A DNA stretch of 63,982 bases, filler included, from Octopus bimaculoides (Eukaryota): NCBI RefSeq assembly GCF_001194135.2. It is 6 parts of 6 records of this genome, joined end to end, with 100 filler letters (N's around TTAATTAATTAA, not from the genome) between each part and the next. Parts side by side here need not be neighbours in the genome. Positions count along the whole stretch, not along the records: positions 13,840 to 39,471 come from NC_068990.1; positions 39,572 to 59,606 come from NC_068988.1; 4 more parts are not named here. The stretch is one strand, 5' to 3'. The notes below the pieces were generated by a model that saw only the letters and a list, made by a program, of their open reading frames with translations, was not told where the DNA came from and did no database searches. Of the stretch, positions 27,391 to 40,800 are shown in pieces (positions within the stretch are counted from its first letter, which is position 1; each line of letters opens with the position of its first letter). The translations under genes and the position numbers were made by a program.

Positions 27391-28249
27391 CCAACCACCA
27401 AACAAAAAACCCACCCTGTATCCAACCACCTAGCAACACCCTTAGCCAAAGCCGGCGTTAATATCTCATACACACATGCACACACAAACCCGCACTCACA
27501 CTCTATCTACATTTCGCCACCACCAGCTACACCACCACCATTTATTTATCCCTAACCTCAACCCTCGCACCCCACAGTTGCTCACTCCCTTTTACAGTTC
27601 AATACTACCCCTAGTGCCCATCTTTTTTTCTTCTTTTTCCCGACCTTGTTCTCTACCTTTGCTCAAGCGTCATCAAATCCAACAGCATCCACATCACAAT
27701 AAGAAACCTACACCCAGCCACCGATTCCCCCACCACCACCACCACAAACACCAGCACCACCACCGTTAGCCCTGCTATAACACCAGACACCATCCCATCC
27801 CCCACAAACCCAAGCACATACCCACCCCTCATGCTCGTTTCCTACCACACCACTGTCACTATAACACTAAAACAGCACCATATCTGCCCTCCACTCAACA
27901 CCACCACCACAAACACATACACACACCAATTTCCCACTATAAAACACCACCACCACCGCCATCAATATACCCAGCTACCCAGAACGTAAATACACGACTA
28001 TCAACACACCCATTAGACCAACCTCTCGATACAAACACACACACACACACACACATTTATATGTAGATAGATAGATAGACAGACGCAAATCTATAGACTT
28101 GCAGTCACATATAAGCACTCATGTGTATGTATGAACGTATATGTATGCACAGAACGAGAGAGGGTGGGGTTACAGGAGAAATCACTATTAACTTGCGAAA
28201 TATTTTTTAAAACAATTAATTGATAAACTGATGAATAAAAATAATACTT

Positions 28250-28675
28250 TCTACTATAGGCAAAATGCCTGAAATTTTGAGGGAAGGCGCTAGTCGATTA
28301 CACGGACCTCCACTAATGGTTAATTAGTACTTATGTCATCGACCCTGATATGATGAAAAGCAAAGTCGATCTCAACGAGATTTGAACTAAGAACCAAAAG
28401 ACTGAAGNNNNNNNNNNNNNNNNNNNNNNNNNNNNNNNNNNNNNNNNNNNNNNNTTTTTTTTTTTTGCGTGGTGCGCAGACGATTCCGCCAGCTCGCCGC
28501 CTTTTTAAGTGCTTCAAATTTTGGGTGCATGACCAGTAATTTGAGGAGAGGAGGTAGTCGATTACATCGACCTCACTGCTCAAAGGATACTTATCATATC
28601 GACCCCGGAAGAATGAAAGTCAAAATGAGTTCGGCGGAATTTGAACTCAGAAAGTAAGGAGCCGGAAGAAATGAA
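28250..28675 (-). mobile_element. Two adjacent SINE family A copies (first interrupted by a gap)
   Basis: gtcgattacacgg / gtcgattacatcg, aaagtcgatctc, gaatttgaactc motifs, and ccagctcgccgcc at about 28490. Confidence 0.8.
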
Positions 28676-28724
28676 TATTATTATTATTATTTTTTATTAT
28701 TATTATTATTTTTTTTTATTATTA

Positions 28725-28764
<40 letters not shown>

Positions 28765-29019
28765 ACCTTTCTATGCTATTCATATGTCGCTTCTTTTTCA
28801 GTGTATACCATGTTACTTTCCACTTTTCATTCTTTTCTTTTCTTTTATCATTTCATTATACGTAAGCCCCCACACATTATGTCTGTCTTTGTATCGTCCC
28901 CATCATCCTTGTGGCAAATAAAGGAAATCATTATTATTATTATTATTATCATTATTATTATTATTAATCATAATAACAACAACAACAACAAAAACAACAA
29001 TAATAATAATAATCTTTTC

Positions 29020-29220
29020 TACTAAAGGCACTAGGCCTGAAATCGTGGAGGAGGAGATCTAGTCGATTACATTGACCCCAGTGTTTCACTGGTACTTAAT
29101 TTATCGACCCCAAAAAGGATGAAAGACAAAGTCGACCTCGGCAGAATTTGAACTCCAAACGTAAAGACGGACGAAATGCCGCTAAGCATTTTGTCCGGCG
29201 TGCCAACGATTCTTCCTGCT
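29020..29220 (-). mobile_element. SINE family A, CpG-intact
   Basis: tttatcgacccc...aaagtcgacctcggcagaatttgaactc...gccgctaagcattttgtccggcgtgccaacgattc. Confidence 0.9.
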
Positions 29221-29223
29221 TGA

Positions 29224-29255
<32 letters not shown>

Positions 29256-29263
29256 AATAAAAA

Positions 29264-29330
<67 letters not shown>

Positions 29331-29331
29331 G

Positions 29332-29860
29332 CTGTACCAGGCAGTGGCTCACATGGCGCCTGATCTTAACTGATTGGAAGTGTTATCATGTACATTGATT
29401 TGCATCGGTATAAAAGATGGGCTACAATAAATATTCTGCTCAATATCACAGATTTTCTTGTCAGTTGTTTGACCTGAACCAGTTGAGCATGTCCCTTAAT
29501 GGCTGACGATATGTGCATCTCTGATCACGAGCAGAAGTAGCAGAGGAGCATCTTAGCCATGTGTTGAGAGGAATTCTATAGGGTTTGGATAATTTAGCTT
29601 TGGAAACATAGGTGTTTCGTTCAACATCCTTAAACAACCCTTATTGAGCGGGATGGGCTACTCAACATGAAGAAAATTCTAACTGGACCCCCACCTACAA
29701 AGTCATGCGCTGTTTATCTTGATATGAGTTCAACATGTCGCGCACATAAGGTTGAGATGCATGTGCCTGGTGTACCCTTATCAGATGGGTTGTCATGATG
29801 GGTATACTGGGCTTCGTATATTTTACTCCAATGACACTTTGATGGCATGCACTACTGTCT
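29332..29860 (-). repeat. Interspersed repeat (probable retroposon) between microsatellites
   Basis: Non-coding, higher-GC block that I recall as an abundant octopus repeat (gtgcatctctgatcacgagcagaag core). It is single-copy in this window, so it is not verified internally. Confidence 0.45.
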
Positions 29861-29869
29861 CACTCAATT

Positions 29870-29938
29870 ATAATGGTGGTGGTGATGGTGCTGGTGCTGG
29901 TACTGGTGATGGTGGTGCTATGGATGGTGGTGTTGTTG

Positions 29939-30023
<85 letters not shown>
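29870..30023. repeat. Compound (GGT)n-(GTT)n-(AGT)n microsatellite
   Basis: Direct reading. Confidence 0.95.
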
Positions 30024-30024
<1 letters not shown>

Positions 30025-30353
30025 CTTTATATTGAAGATATAAGGACTAGGCCTGAAATTTTTGGCGGTAGGGCTAGTTGATTACATCGATCCCAGTGCT
30101 CAATTAGTGCTTATTTTATCGACATCGAAAGGGTGAAAGGCAATTATCGACAGCCGCTGCATATGATTATCACTGGCAATGTGACGCTCCCAAAATACTA
30201 TACTATACATACATACATACATACATACATACATACATACATACATACATACATACATAATAGATCTGAACAATGACATACATACGTGTAATTTGTTTAT
30301 GTAGACAGACACGCACACACACACGTACACACACACATATGTACACATATCTG

Positions 30354-30384
<31 letters not shown>

Positions 30385-32289
30385 ATAAAAGAAAGAAAGA
30401 GATAGGTCTGATAAAGAGGCGATAGGCAGATAGATATAAGGACAGGTGTAGAGCGATATATGAATTATTGCTTATATCATATCAATATATATAAATATAT
30501 ATAAATATATGTATGTATATATGTATATGCATATCTATTGATATTGACTCTATTTGTATTAATTTATTGTTGCTGTTTTGCTCCAAGTTATCCCTGAATA
30601 ATCAAGTTTTCTATCTTAACATTCATACATTGTCTATCAAAGTATGATTCCATTACTTAACGTCTTCGCATTTAAAGAACGCTACTTTATGAATCCAGGG
30701 AAATTTGATTGTTATTTCTAGCAAACCAAAAAATGAGAAAAAATAAATGCAGAGGTCGTGAAGCTATTTAATATATAATCCAGGGCTGAAATGCAAGTGC
30801 ATGAGAACCTATGGGGGCACATCTGTACTGAGAAAAAATATAATGAATCTTTAATGTTACAAATTCATATGTAACTTATATTAAATTACTGGTTTAGTTT
30901 TAAGATTTAAACTGTTATTTTTTTCTATTTCTTTTTCACATGAGTTTTCTGTGACAGTGTCAGTGGGTAGTTTGAAATTCGAATCCAAGAGACGGGTTTC
31001 CCACACGTAGTATACAAGCTCCCTCTTTGGGCCCCGCTTTCTTTTGTTTGGTTATTTTTGTTTGTTTTTGTTTTGTTATAGTATTGAGGTGCTTAAAAAA
31101 GCATAAAGATGGTCAAATACTTATGGATACAAAATGTCATAACTCATGCTTAAAGGTGTCATGCTATCACCTTCGTATGCTTGACTTTAGTAAAAGAAAT
31201 CAGCTGCTTCGTTATTGTTTATTTTAAAACTTAGAAGGTTTGTTGCCCTTGAAGATTTAGTGAAAAGTCGATTCTTCAGTTTACTCTATAAACACAGTCT
31301 ATCACAAATACACGTGTGTATGNNNNNNNNNNNNNNNNNNNNNNNNNNNNNNNNNNNNNNNNNNNNNNNNNNNNNNNNNNNNNNNNNNNNNNNNNNNNNN
31401 NNNNNNNNNNNNNNNNNNNNNNNNNNNNNNNNNNNNNNNNNNNNNNNNNNNNNNNNNNNNNNNNNNNNNNNNNNNNNNNNNNNNNNNNNNNNNNNNNNNN
31501 NNNNNNNNNNNNNNNNNNNNNNNNNNNNNNNNNNNNNNNNNNNNNNNNNNNNNNNNNNNNNNNNNNNNNNNNNNNNNNNNNNNNNNNNNNNNNNNNNNNN
31601 NNNNNNNNNNNNNNNNNNNNNNNNNNNNNNNNNNNNNNNNNNNNNNNNNNNNNNNNNNNNNNNNNNNNNNNNNNNNNNNNNNNNNNNNNNNNNNNNNNNN
31701 NNNNNNNNNNNNNNNNNNNNNNNNNNNNNNTACTGTTCCGTGATGGTAAAATCATCAAAAGATGTACTCCATCTGGTGAGAGATAAATACGTTTTAGTAA
31801 ACACAATATATGTATTTATGTGCTACTATTAGTTTCCAGTTCTGAGATCAGGCCGAACAGCGTTTTTTAACACAATGCTATGTGGGCAGTGTCTGATGAT
31901 TGTGCTAGGAAATAAGATGTGTTAAAAAACACTGTTTGGCATGCTTTCGGCACATGAAAGTAATAGTAGCACATAAATACATTAATTGTGCTTATTAAAT
32001 AATGGCGATTAACTTTACTTGTTGGTTACTTGTTGCAGATTGTCGCTTTGTTTACAATATATTGCTAGCTGGAGCGAACTCTGGCCATCTCTCCGGCGAC
32101 TAGGTGTTAGCGACTGAGGGTGAGCGATGGGGTGCAGTGCTTCACCAATAGCCAGCTGGCAAAAGATCTGCCTGGGGTTAAACTAGTAGTAACAGGGAAC
32201 AGCCCCACATTGATGTGGCGATTAACTTTACTTGTTAATATAGTTACTATTTTAATCTCTTTTACAGCAAGCTATTTTGCTCATATATA

Positions 32290-33590
32290 CAAGGTGCGGT
32301 GAATGAAATGTCGTCTAAATTACGCAAAAATGAAATTAACACTGACATCTCATTTTAACAGATATATTTACCTAAATTACATAAAAACATCTTGAATTAC
32401 TAAAGAGTAAATTTATTCAATAAAATCGCCGTTGGCTTCAACCACGGCCCCCAAACGACTTCGAAATCTCCTGCAACTCTTCTGGACGGTCTCCTTGCTT
32501 AAACTGGTGAATGCTGCCATAATCCTTGCCTTCAGTACATCTACGGTGTTACAAGGAGTTTTGTTGGTCTCTCGCTCAAGTGCACCCTACACATAGTGAT
32601 CAAGAAGGTTGCAGTCTGGGGCGTTAGGTGGACAAATATTAGGGGAGATATGGTCACAGAAATTGTCTGACAGCCATGACTGGGTTCTTCTGCTTGTGTG
32701 GCATGGTGCAGAATCCTGTTGCCAGACATAGGGTCTTCCAGCAATCACCCTCTTGACCCAGGGCAGTACTACCTCCTCCAGGCACTTGATGTAGCCCTCC
32801 GTGTTGAGTCTGAAGCTTTGTGGGAAGATGAATGGATGTATAACGTCGCTATCACTAGTGATTACTCCAAACACCATGGTATTGGCTGGATGTTTGACTT
32901 TTATCACTCTCGGTACATGTTTTGGAGACACAGCAAGCCAACGGTTGTTCTGTGTGTTCACCATCTGATCTTGGCAGAAATTTTTTCTCGTCTGAGAAAA
33001 ACAAATGCATGCTCGGTTGGAGGAGATGCTTGAGTTTGTTCAGAAGCGTCATAGCGCGGTCTTTCCTGTTGTCTTTGAAGGCTTGGGATAAAAATTGTCC
33101 GTTTCTCATCTTGTATGAGGAATACCGAATGTCTCCATGCATTACCTGCCTGACAAGAAACCCAGACACTCCCATGTCTCTGGTGATGGACCTGAATGAC
33201 TTCGAAGGATCGTTGTCAATCATGGCCTGGATCTCAACAAATTCAGGAGTTCTTTTTTTATCAGAATGATCAGAGTGAGTTTTCTGAGCTGCCGTACCTT
33301 CGTAATTAAACTACCATTAGACTCATCGAATCTTCCCGAATCCTCTGCACTGTCCTCAGATCGACACCCAAACACTCTAAGATGTTCGTATTGGAGCTTC
33401 CGGTGCGAATGCAAAACAGTACAGCATGTTGTTTCCAAATTTCTGGTAGAGTGAATTGCGTCATAGTGTTCTTATTCTCACAGACGACGCCCAACTGACC
33501 CTACTATACTGTGTAGTTGACAAAATCCAAAAACAAACAATGCGCGAAATTAAAAGTATAAAATGACAAGAATTTACTCCTTGCTCCCTG
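32290..33590 (-). mobile_element. Near full-length Tc1/mariner element, DD37D (maT/Bmmar1-like), frameshifted
   Basis: TA-flanked imperfect TIRs (caaggtgcggtgaatgaaatg ... aatttactccttgctccctg). Transposase pieces include FSDEKKF and WQQDSAPCHTSRRTQSWLSDNFCDHISPNICPPNAPDCNLLD, with 37 residues between the second and third Asp. Confidence 0.92.
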
Positions 33591-34482
33591 TATATATANN
33601 NNNNNNNNNNNNNNNNNNNNNNNNNNNNNNNNNNNNNNNNNNNNNNNNNNNNNNNNNNNNNNNNNNNNNNNNNNNNNNNNNNNNNNNNNNNNNNNNNNNT
33701 ATATACATACATACATACATAGATATATATACGCATATATGTATACATACGTATGTATGTATACATACACACACAAACAAATATTGTGTGACGTTGCTAA
33801 CGAGCGCTACTGGGTAACATGACCATGATGTAACCCAATGCAACCTGTTGCATAATCGACAGCCGGCAACTAAAGCGACAATCCGTCCAGCACTTGTCTA
33901 AAGAAGACGGTGGTTTTGGACACCTTGTAGGTGAGAAAGCAAAACCTGCCAAAGGTCGGCTGAAGAGTAAAAATATGTATATATAATAGTGTGAACATTT
34001 TCTCGTGCATGCAAATGTCTGTTTGTTTCTGAGTGTTGCGTCTGTGCGAGCGCTGGAGTTTCTGTGTGGGTGCGTACTGTTGTGTGTATGTGTGTGTGTG
34101 TATGTGTATGTGTGTGTATGTGTGTGTGTGTGTGTGTTTGTTTGTTTGTTTGTGTGTGTATGGTTAGTACTACGTATTTCATTTCATTGAGGCATAAATG
34201 AAGTAACCCGGTCGTTTCCCCAGTTTCAAAATTGGCGGTACCCTCCAGTTGTATTGTACGCCCATTGCTAAAATCGTTCAATAGCGGTCTATTACATGGT
34301 GGTGTCTGTTTACAACTTAGTAGACTAGGCTGTTGAGATTTAGGTCGTGTCATGTATACAAACATTCAATGTCTAGATTGGACAGGAAACCCTGCCATTT
34401 TAACTATTTTATTAGCTACGACGCCGAAATGAACGCACACATACATATCCGTATATATATACACACACAAACACGCACACAC

Positions 34483-34520
<38 letters not shown>

Positions 34521-35168
34521 TTATGTACAAACGCTTCCACAGACACCTCCATACACACACNNNNNNNNNNNNNNNNNNNNNNNNNNNNNNNNNNNNNNNN
34601 NNNNNNNNNNNNNNNNNNNNNNNNNNNNNNNNNNNNNNNNNNNNNNNNNNNNNNNNNNNNNNNNNNNNNNNNNNNNNNNNNNNNNNNNNNNNNNNNNNNN
34701 NNNNNNNNNNNNNNNNNNNNNNNNNNNNNNNNNNNNNNNNNNNNNNNNNNNNNNNNNNNNNNNNNNNNNNNNNNNNNNNNNNNNNNNNNNNNNNNNNNNN
34801 NNNNNNNNNNNNNNNNNNNNNNNNNNNNNNNNNNNNNNNNNNNNNNNNNNNNNNNNNNNNNNNNNNNNNNNNNNNNNNNNNNNNNNNNNNNNNNNNNNNN
34901 NNNNNNNNNNNNNNNNNNNNNNNNNNNNNNNNNNNNNNNNNNNNNNNNNNNNNNNNNNNNNNNNNNNNNNNNNNNNNNNNNNNNNNNNNNNNNNNNNNNN
35001 NNNNNNNNNNNNNNNNNNNNNNNNNNNNNNNNNNNNNNNNNNNNNNNNNNNNNNNNNNNNNNNNNNNNNNNNNNNNNNNNNNNNNNNNNNNNNNNNNNNN
35101 NNNNNNNNNNNNNNNNNNNNNNNNNNNNNNNNNNNNNNNNNNNNNNNNNNNNNNNNNNNNNNNNNNNN

Positions 35169-35233
<65 letters not shown>

Positions 35234-35465
35234 GTTTAAATACATGAACCACACACATTCACACGTGTACGCGAACACACACAAATACACATAGATACAA
35301 ACACGCATGTATGCTTCACTTATTAATACATACACTTGTACGTAAATTCACATGCACACACACATGCATACATATGTGTGTATGTGTGTATGCATATGTA
35401 TACACTTGAATTTACAAATGCACGCATGCTTCCATAATTACATACGCTTATACGCAAATTATAAA

Positions 35466-35670
35466 GGCGCATGACTTAGTGGTCATGTTATTGGACTGTT
35501 GATCGTCATATCGTGATTTCGATTCTTGGACCGGGCGATACGTTGTGTTCTTGACCAAAACAGTTCATTTCACGTTGCTCCAGTCCACTCAGCTGAGTAA
35601 TTCTGCGATGGACTAGTATCCTGTCCAGTGAGGAATATATGCGCCAGAGAAACCGGAAAACTATCCCTAG
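35466..35670 (+). mobile_element. SINE family F (tRNA-type head)
   Basis: ggcgcatgacttagtggt...ggaccgggcgatacgttgtgttcttga...gctccagtccactcagctg. Confidence 0.8.
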
Positions 35671-36277
35671 GCTCCTTAAGGAGTAATCTGGTCTAATCAT
35701 ATGCAAATTGGTACGCACAAACACAAACACATACACACACACGCATACACACAGATTCACAAACACACGCACACACACAGATTCACAAACACACGCATAC
35801 ATTCCCGGTACCGATTTATAACATAGGCACAAGACTGCATATATACGAAGGGAAGAATATTTTCCATTATATCGACTGATACTCTATTATTATTATACCT
35901 GCAGGATGAAAGGTAAAGTTGACCTCCGTAGTATTTGAACTTAGAACGAAAAGAACTACGAGTAAATATAAGCCGAAAGGCGTCCTTTCTGTCACTCAAT
36001 GGTTCTGCCATTCAACTTTTGGCGAAGATAATTCTACGTGCTATTTACTTCGCTTCTTTTTGTTCAAATAAGTTCAAATCACGCTGAAGTCAGCTTTGTC
36101 TTTTATCTTTTCGGGGTCAATAACTAAGTTACCAGTCTTGCGTTGAGGTTAATTCTACCTCTCTCTCCCTGTGTTTTTCTCTCTTTCTTTTTCTCTTTCT
36201 CTTTCTTTCTTCCTTTCTTGCTCTCTTTTTCTCTCTCACTCTCTCTTTCTCTGTTTCCCTTGCTCTTTCTCTTTCAT

Positions 36278-36310
<33 letters not shown>

Positions 36311-37631
36311 TTCTCTCTTGCTTTTTCCCGCTATCTTGCTTTCAGTCTCTCTCTATCTCTACCCCACTTTCTCTCTCTCTCGCATTCTGTAATTCAAACG
36401 TGCAGTTTTCACATTGTGTCACGCACTCATTGCGTCTAAAAATTGCACTTAGAATACACCTGTTCTAGAAATACTCCACAATTTCAAGAGTAGGGATTCT
36501 GTTGATCTTAACACTGAAAGATCATCGTCAGCATCAATGGAGAATCCACCATATCCATATGAATAGTCAGATTTGGTTACAATGCGAGAGAAAACCTTGA
36601 TATTGTGTAACTTCCCAAAACAAAACTCTTCATTATTACGGAACAACATATTGGATTACATTGGATGTTAGACCACCTATCAACGTAACCTTGATCATGT
36701 TGCATTACAATAACTAGTTTTAGTTATTACTATTACTAGTCTTAAGTATTGTATAACAACCCATTTCTCTTCCTATTAATTACCACCACCTCCAACAACA
36801 ACACTTTCACCGCCATCACTACAAATGAGAAGGGTTTGAGAGTACGGGGGAATTATTCTTAAGTCTATACGTGTATATATTTGTGCGTAAATACGTGTAT
36901 GTTTCGATGGGTGAATACATGTATATGTGTGCTTTTGTAAACAAGGAGCCCTGTACGCATTTATGCGTGTAGCACAATAATACGCGTAGTATGTGCATCT
37001 ATATATGAGTGTCTATGCATGATGATATATGAGCGTACGTATACATATCTATGAGTGTATGTGTGCTTCTGTATGCGGATATATATGTACTCATACGTAG
37101 TGTTTTTAAGGGTTAGGTCTCGAGGAAAGGGTTGTGCCATGACCTTTGCAGGATCCTAACGACATACTACATGTATGTATATACATAGATACATATATTC
37201 ATACAGACATGTATACTTGTGTGTATATGTGTGTGCGTGTGTGTGTTGTGTGTCTGTTCGCCATTTATGTAGCAAAGTTAATGTAAACATATCGTGACAA
37301 ATTTACTATGGTTTATTCCAGAGATAATTGCTCTTATGGACTACTGTGTTTAAAAACACCATATATATCGGATGAAAAGGAAAAGTTGTCCGGCAGCGGC
37401 TAGCGAAAGCGCCTGATGTTTCTTGGCCTTCTTGGACCTTGACAATGAATGCGCTTGCAGCTACATATCTAAGTCAAATCTATCGCCGCCGACATATAGG
37501 AAATAGTGAATAATACATTCACTGATGCTGTGCAGAGAAGCAGTATTTAATTCGCAGTATTTTCGTTTTCCTCCTAAATATATTGTTTTATCTCGGAAGA
37601 AAATCACAGTATCTTGCCTGGCAATGGTGTA

Positions 37632-38505
37632 CGAGGTCTGATCAATAAGTAACGATGCTCAAGAATGCAGAGTAAAGCCGCTTGGTAAAAATTCATCTTG
37701 AACTCTGCTGTGTATGCGCACTGAGTTTTAACATTCTAGATCACTTCCGCTGTTTACAGCAGTGCTTCGAAGGAAAGTCTGTAGCATGTGGTCGTCACAT
37801 TGACCATGACAGAGAAAGTTATCATGGCGCGACCTGCACAGAGGCCTACATGAAGTTGCAGAAAGTGTATGGCGAGGAGTGTATGAACCGCACACAATTG
37901 TACGAGTGGTTCGGACGTTTCCAAGATGACCGAAAAATGTTGATATTGACGAACGTTCTGGGAGACCCACAACCAGCAGAACTAAGAAAAACATCGCAGA
38001 TGTGTGTGCAGCTGTTAGAGGAAATTGTCGAATCACCATCCGTGAGCTATCAGAGGATATGCAGATTAGTTACGATTCAGTTCAGTCCATTATCGCTGAA
38101 GATATGGGTATGAGATTTGTGTCTGCCAAGCTTGAGCGAAAACTGCTTTCAGCTGACCAAGAAAACACTCGGGTTTCAGTCGCACAAAATCTCCTTGATT
38201 GTGTCGAGAACGATGAAAACTTTTTGAAAATTTTGCGTAGGCCTCTGAGCAGGTATCGCCAAACTTTTTGCAAAGTTTGATGCAGATTCTCTGCTCAACA
38301 TTGTCTGTCATGGTCAATGCGACGATCACACGCTACACACCTTCCTTCCAAGCACTGCTGTAAAAAGTGAAAGTGAGCTAGAACGTTAAAACTTAATGCG
38401 TATGCACAACAGAATTCAAGATCAATCTGTACCAAGCGGCTTTATTCTGCGTGCTTTAGCTTCGTTACTATAGCAACAGTCCAGATACGTGTAGATCAGA
38501 CCACG
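37632..38505. mobile_element. Non-autonomous mariner derivative built from two inverted 5' ends
   Basis: TA-cgaggtctgatc ... gatcagaccacg-TA. The plus strand encodes a transposase N-terminus (EAYMKLQKVYGEECMNRTQLYEWFGRF...RITIRELS); the minus strand encodes the same start (MTDNVEQRICIKLCKKFGDTCSEAY). Confidence 0.88.
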
Positions 38506-38783
38506 TATATAGCTTAGGTATTATACATAACTTAAATTAATGCTGCGTTGATTGTGTACACCCATTATATATGTACGTACGTACGTATGTATGTACGTAT
38601 GTATGTACGTATATATTATGTATGAATGTATGCGTGTATATATGTATATGTACGTGTTTGTGTATATATTTATGTAAATGTATCCGTTTGTAAGCACATG
38701 CTTATATGAATGCATAGTCTATGGAAACGACTGTACGTAAACAGGTAAGTACACACACACGCACACACACACACACACATATA

Positions 38784-39207
38784 CAGGGTAGGGCAAAAGT
38801 CACGCACCATAGAGTTAATTAATAGTTTTAAATGTCTAATTTGTTCTATTTTCTTGTTCACAGAAACAATTTTGACGAAGTAAAACGGATGAAAAACTAA
38901 CGAAGGATGAACGAGCTTTGATTGTGCATGACTTTCTAAATGAACATTTCCCTAACAAATAGATAGGTCGAAGTGGTCCTGTTGAGGTTACCAGACTTCA
39001 CACGGTTGGATTTTTAACTGTGGGACAATTTGAAATCAGTTGTTTATCATACACACCCAAGAAGTATCGAGAAACTTAAAGAAAGAATTGAAAATAAATG
39101 CAGTAAAATAATAGAGGAAACTCTCCGACGTTTTAATGAATCATGAAGTCACAGAATTGAAATGTGTTATGAAAAGGAAAGGCTGCATTTTGAACAGCTC
39201 ATATAAC
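38784..39207 (+). mobile_element. Internally deleted Tc1/mariner element, rosa (DD41D)-like C-terminus
   Basis: TA-cagggtagggcaaaagtc end; broken translation DFLNEHFPNK*IGRSGPVE...PDFTRLDF*LWDNLKSVVY...SIEKLKERI...HFEQLI*. Confidence 0.7.
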
Positions 39208-39213
39208 AATTGT

Positions 39214-39471
39214 GGAGGCGCAATGGCCCAGTGGTTAGCGCAGCGGATTCGCGGTCATAGGATCGCGGTTTCGATTCCCAAACCGGGCGTTGTGAGTGTT
39301 TATTGAGCGAAAACACCTAAAGCTCCACGAGGCTCCGGCAGGGGATGGTGGTGAACCCTGCTGTACTCTTTCACCACAACTTTCCCTCACTCTTACTTCC
39401 TGTTTCTGTTGTGCCTGTAATTCAAAGGGCCAACCTTGTCACACTGTGTCACGCTGAATATCCCTGAGAAC
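39214..39471 (+). mobile_element. SINE family B, runs into gap
   Basis: Near-identical to 41651 and 48262. Confidence 0.92.
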
Positions 39472-39571
39472 NNNNNNNNNNNNNNNNNNNNNNNNNNNNN
39501 NNNNNNNNNNNNNNNTTAATTAATTAANNNNNNNNNNNNNNNNNNNNNNNNNNNNNNNNNNNNNNNNNNNN

Positions 39572-39711
39572 AGGGCATCCAGCTGTAGAAACTTTGCCAG
39601 ATTAGATTGGAGCCTGGTGTTGCCATCCGGTTTCACCAGTCCTCAGTCAAATCATCCAACCCATGCTAGCATGGAAGGCGGACGTTAAACGATAATGATG
39701 ATGATGATGAT
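39572..39711 (+). mobile_element. 3' end of retroposon family D with (GAT)n tail
   Basis: ccatgctagcatggaaggcggacgttaaacgat(gat)n; reverse complement of 45590-45730. Confidence 0.85.
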
Positions 39712-40800
39712 GGATGTCGGAAATTCATACAGTTTAGAAATATGAGTTCTTTCTTGAAAATACAGCATCACAGACAGCTTAGAATATTAATGGAGTATTT
39801 CATTCTAATGTTATTACACAGCAGACAGTATCAAATTGGTTTGCAAAATTTCATTCTGGTAACTTTGACCTCACAAATGAGCAATGCAGTCGACCAGAAA
39901 CGAAGGTGGATAATGATGAACTGAAAGCCACCGTCGAGTCAGATCCATCTCAAAGTGCCTCTGAATTATCGTTATTGTTTGGTGTTAGCAAGCAAACAAT
40001 ATTGACTCACCTGGTTCAAATCGGTAAAGTGAAAAAGTTGGATAAGTGGGTTCCACAAGAACTCAATGAAAATCAGAAACAAGCAACGTTTGGAANNNNN
40101 NNNNNACTTTCTCATCACAAAAATGAATCCTTTTTGAATTGAATTGTAACATGCAATGAGAAATGGATCCAATACAACAACCGTAAACATTCAGCACAAT
40201 GGTTGAACAAAGACAAGCCACCAAAACACAGTCCAAAAGCAAAATTCATCAAAATCAGCTGATGGTGTGTGTTTGGTGGTCTGGTGCAGGTGTGGTCCAT
40301 TATGATTTCATTAAACCTGGCTCATCAATCACGGCTGAAGTATACTGCAGCCAACTTGACCAAATGATGCAGAAACTTACAAAAAAGAAACCCAGCTTAG
40401 ATTAATCAACTTATCCACTTCTACTGCAAGACAACGCCCGACCACACATTGCCAAAATGACATTGGTGAGACTACAGGAGTTGGAGTTGGAAGTTCTCCG
40501 TCATCCACCATACTCACCTAATCTTGCCCCCACTGACTACCACTTCTTCCAGAATTTGGATAACTTTTTGATAGGAAATAAATTTAATTCCAACGATGCT
40601 GTAAAACAGGCCTTCCAAGATTTTATTGACTCTAGATTGCCAGGCTTTTACAGTTCTAGGCTGGACAAGCTACTGCTGAAATGGCAAAAGTGTATTGACA
40701 ATATGGGTGCATACTTTGATGAATAAAACTATTCCTTGTATTTATAAAACATTAGCAAATCTTTTTTTCTTTTCTACAAATTACATACTTCGCAACCTAA
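39712..40800 (+). mobile_element. Mariner transposon, DD34D (cecropia/Hsmar1-like), inactive
   Basis: KKLDKWVPQEL; IVTCNEKW (first Asp mutated to Asn); LMVCVWW; LQDNARPH...HPPYSPNLAPTDYHFF with 34 residues between the Asp residues; KWQKCIDNMGAYFDE. The right end reads ...caacctaa-TA; the left TIR is absent. Confidence 0.92.

Noticed and set aside
26355-27769. Arg/Gly/His/Pro-rich ORFs
   Set aside because: Derived from (GAA)n, (CT)n, (CA)n and (CAC)n low-complexity DNA plus a gap.
31853-31939. 22-bp imperfect inverted repeat (ccgaacagcgttttttaacaca)
   Set aside because: Real but short, with no TSD or second copy; probably a MITE remnant with nothing further supportable.
39712-40726. Domesticated SETMAR-like gene
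   Set aside because: Stops, frameshifts and a first catalytic Asp-to-Asn change; no SET exon seen; ordinary dead mariner.
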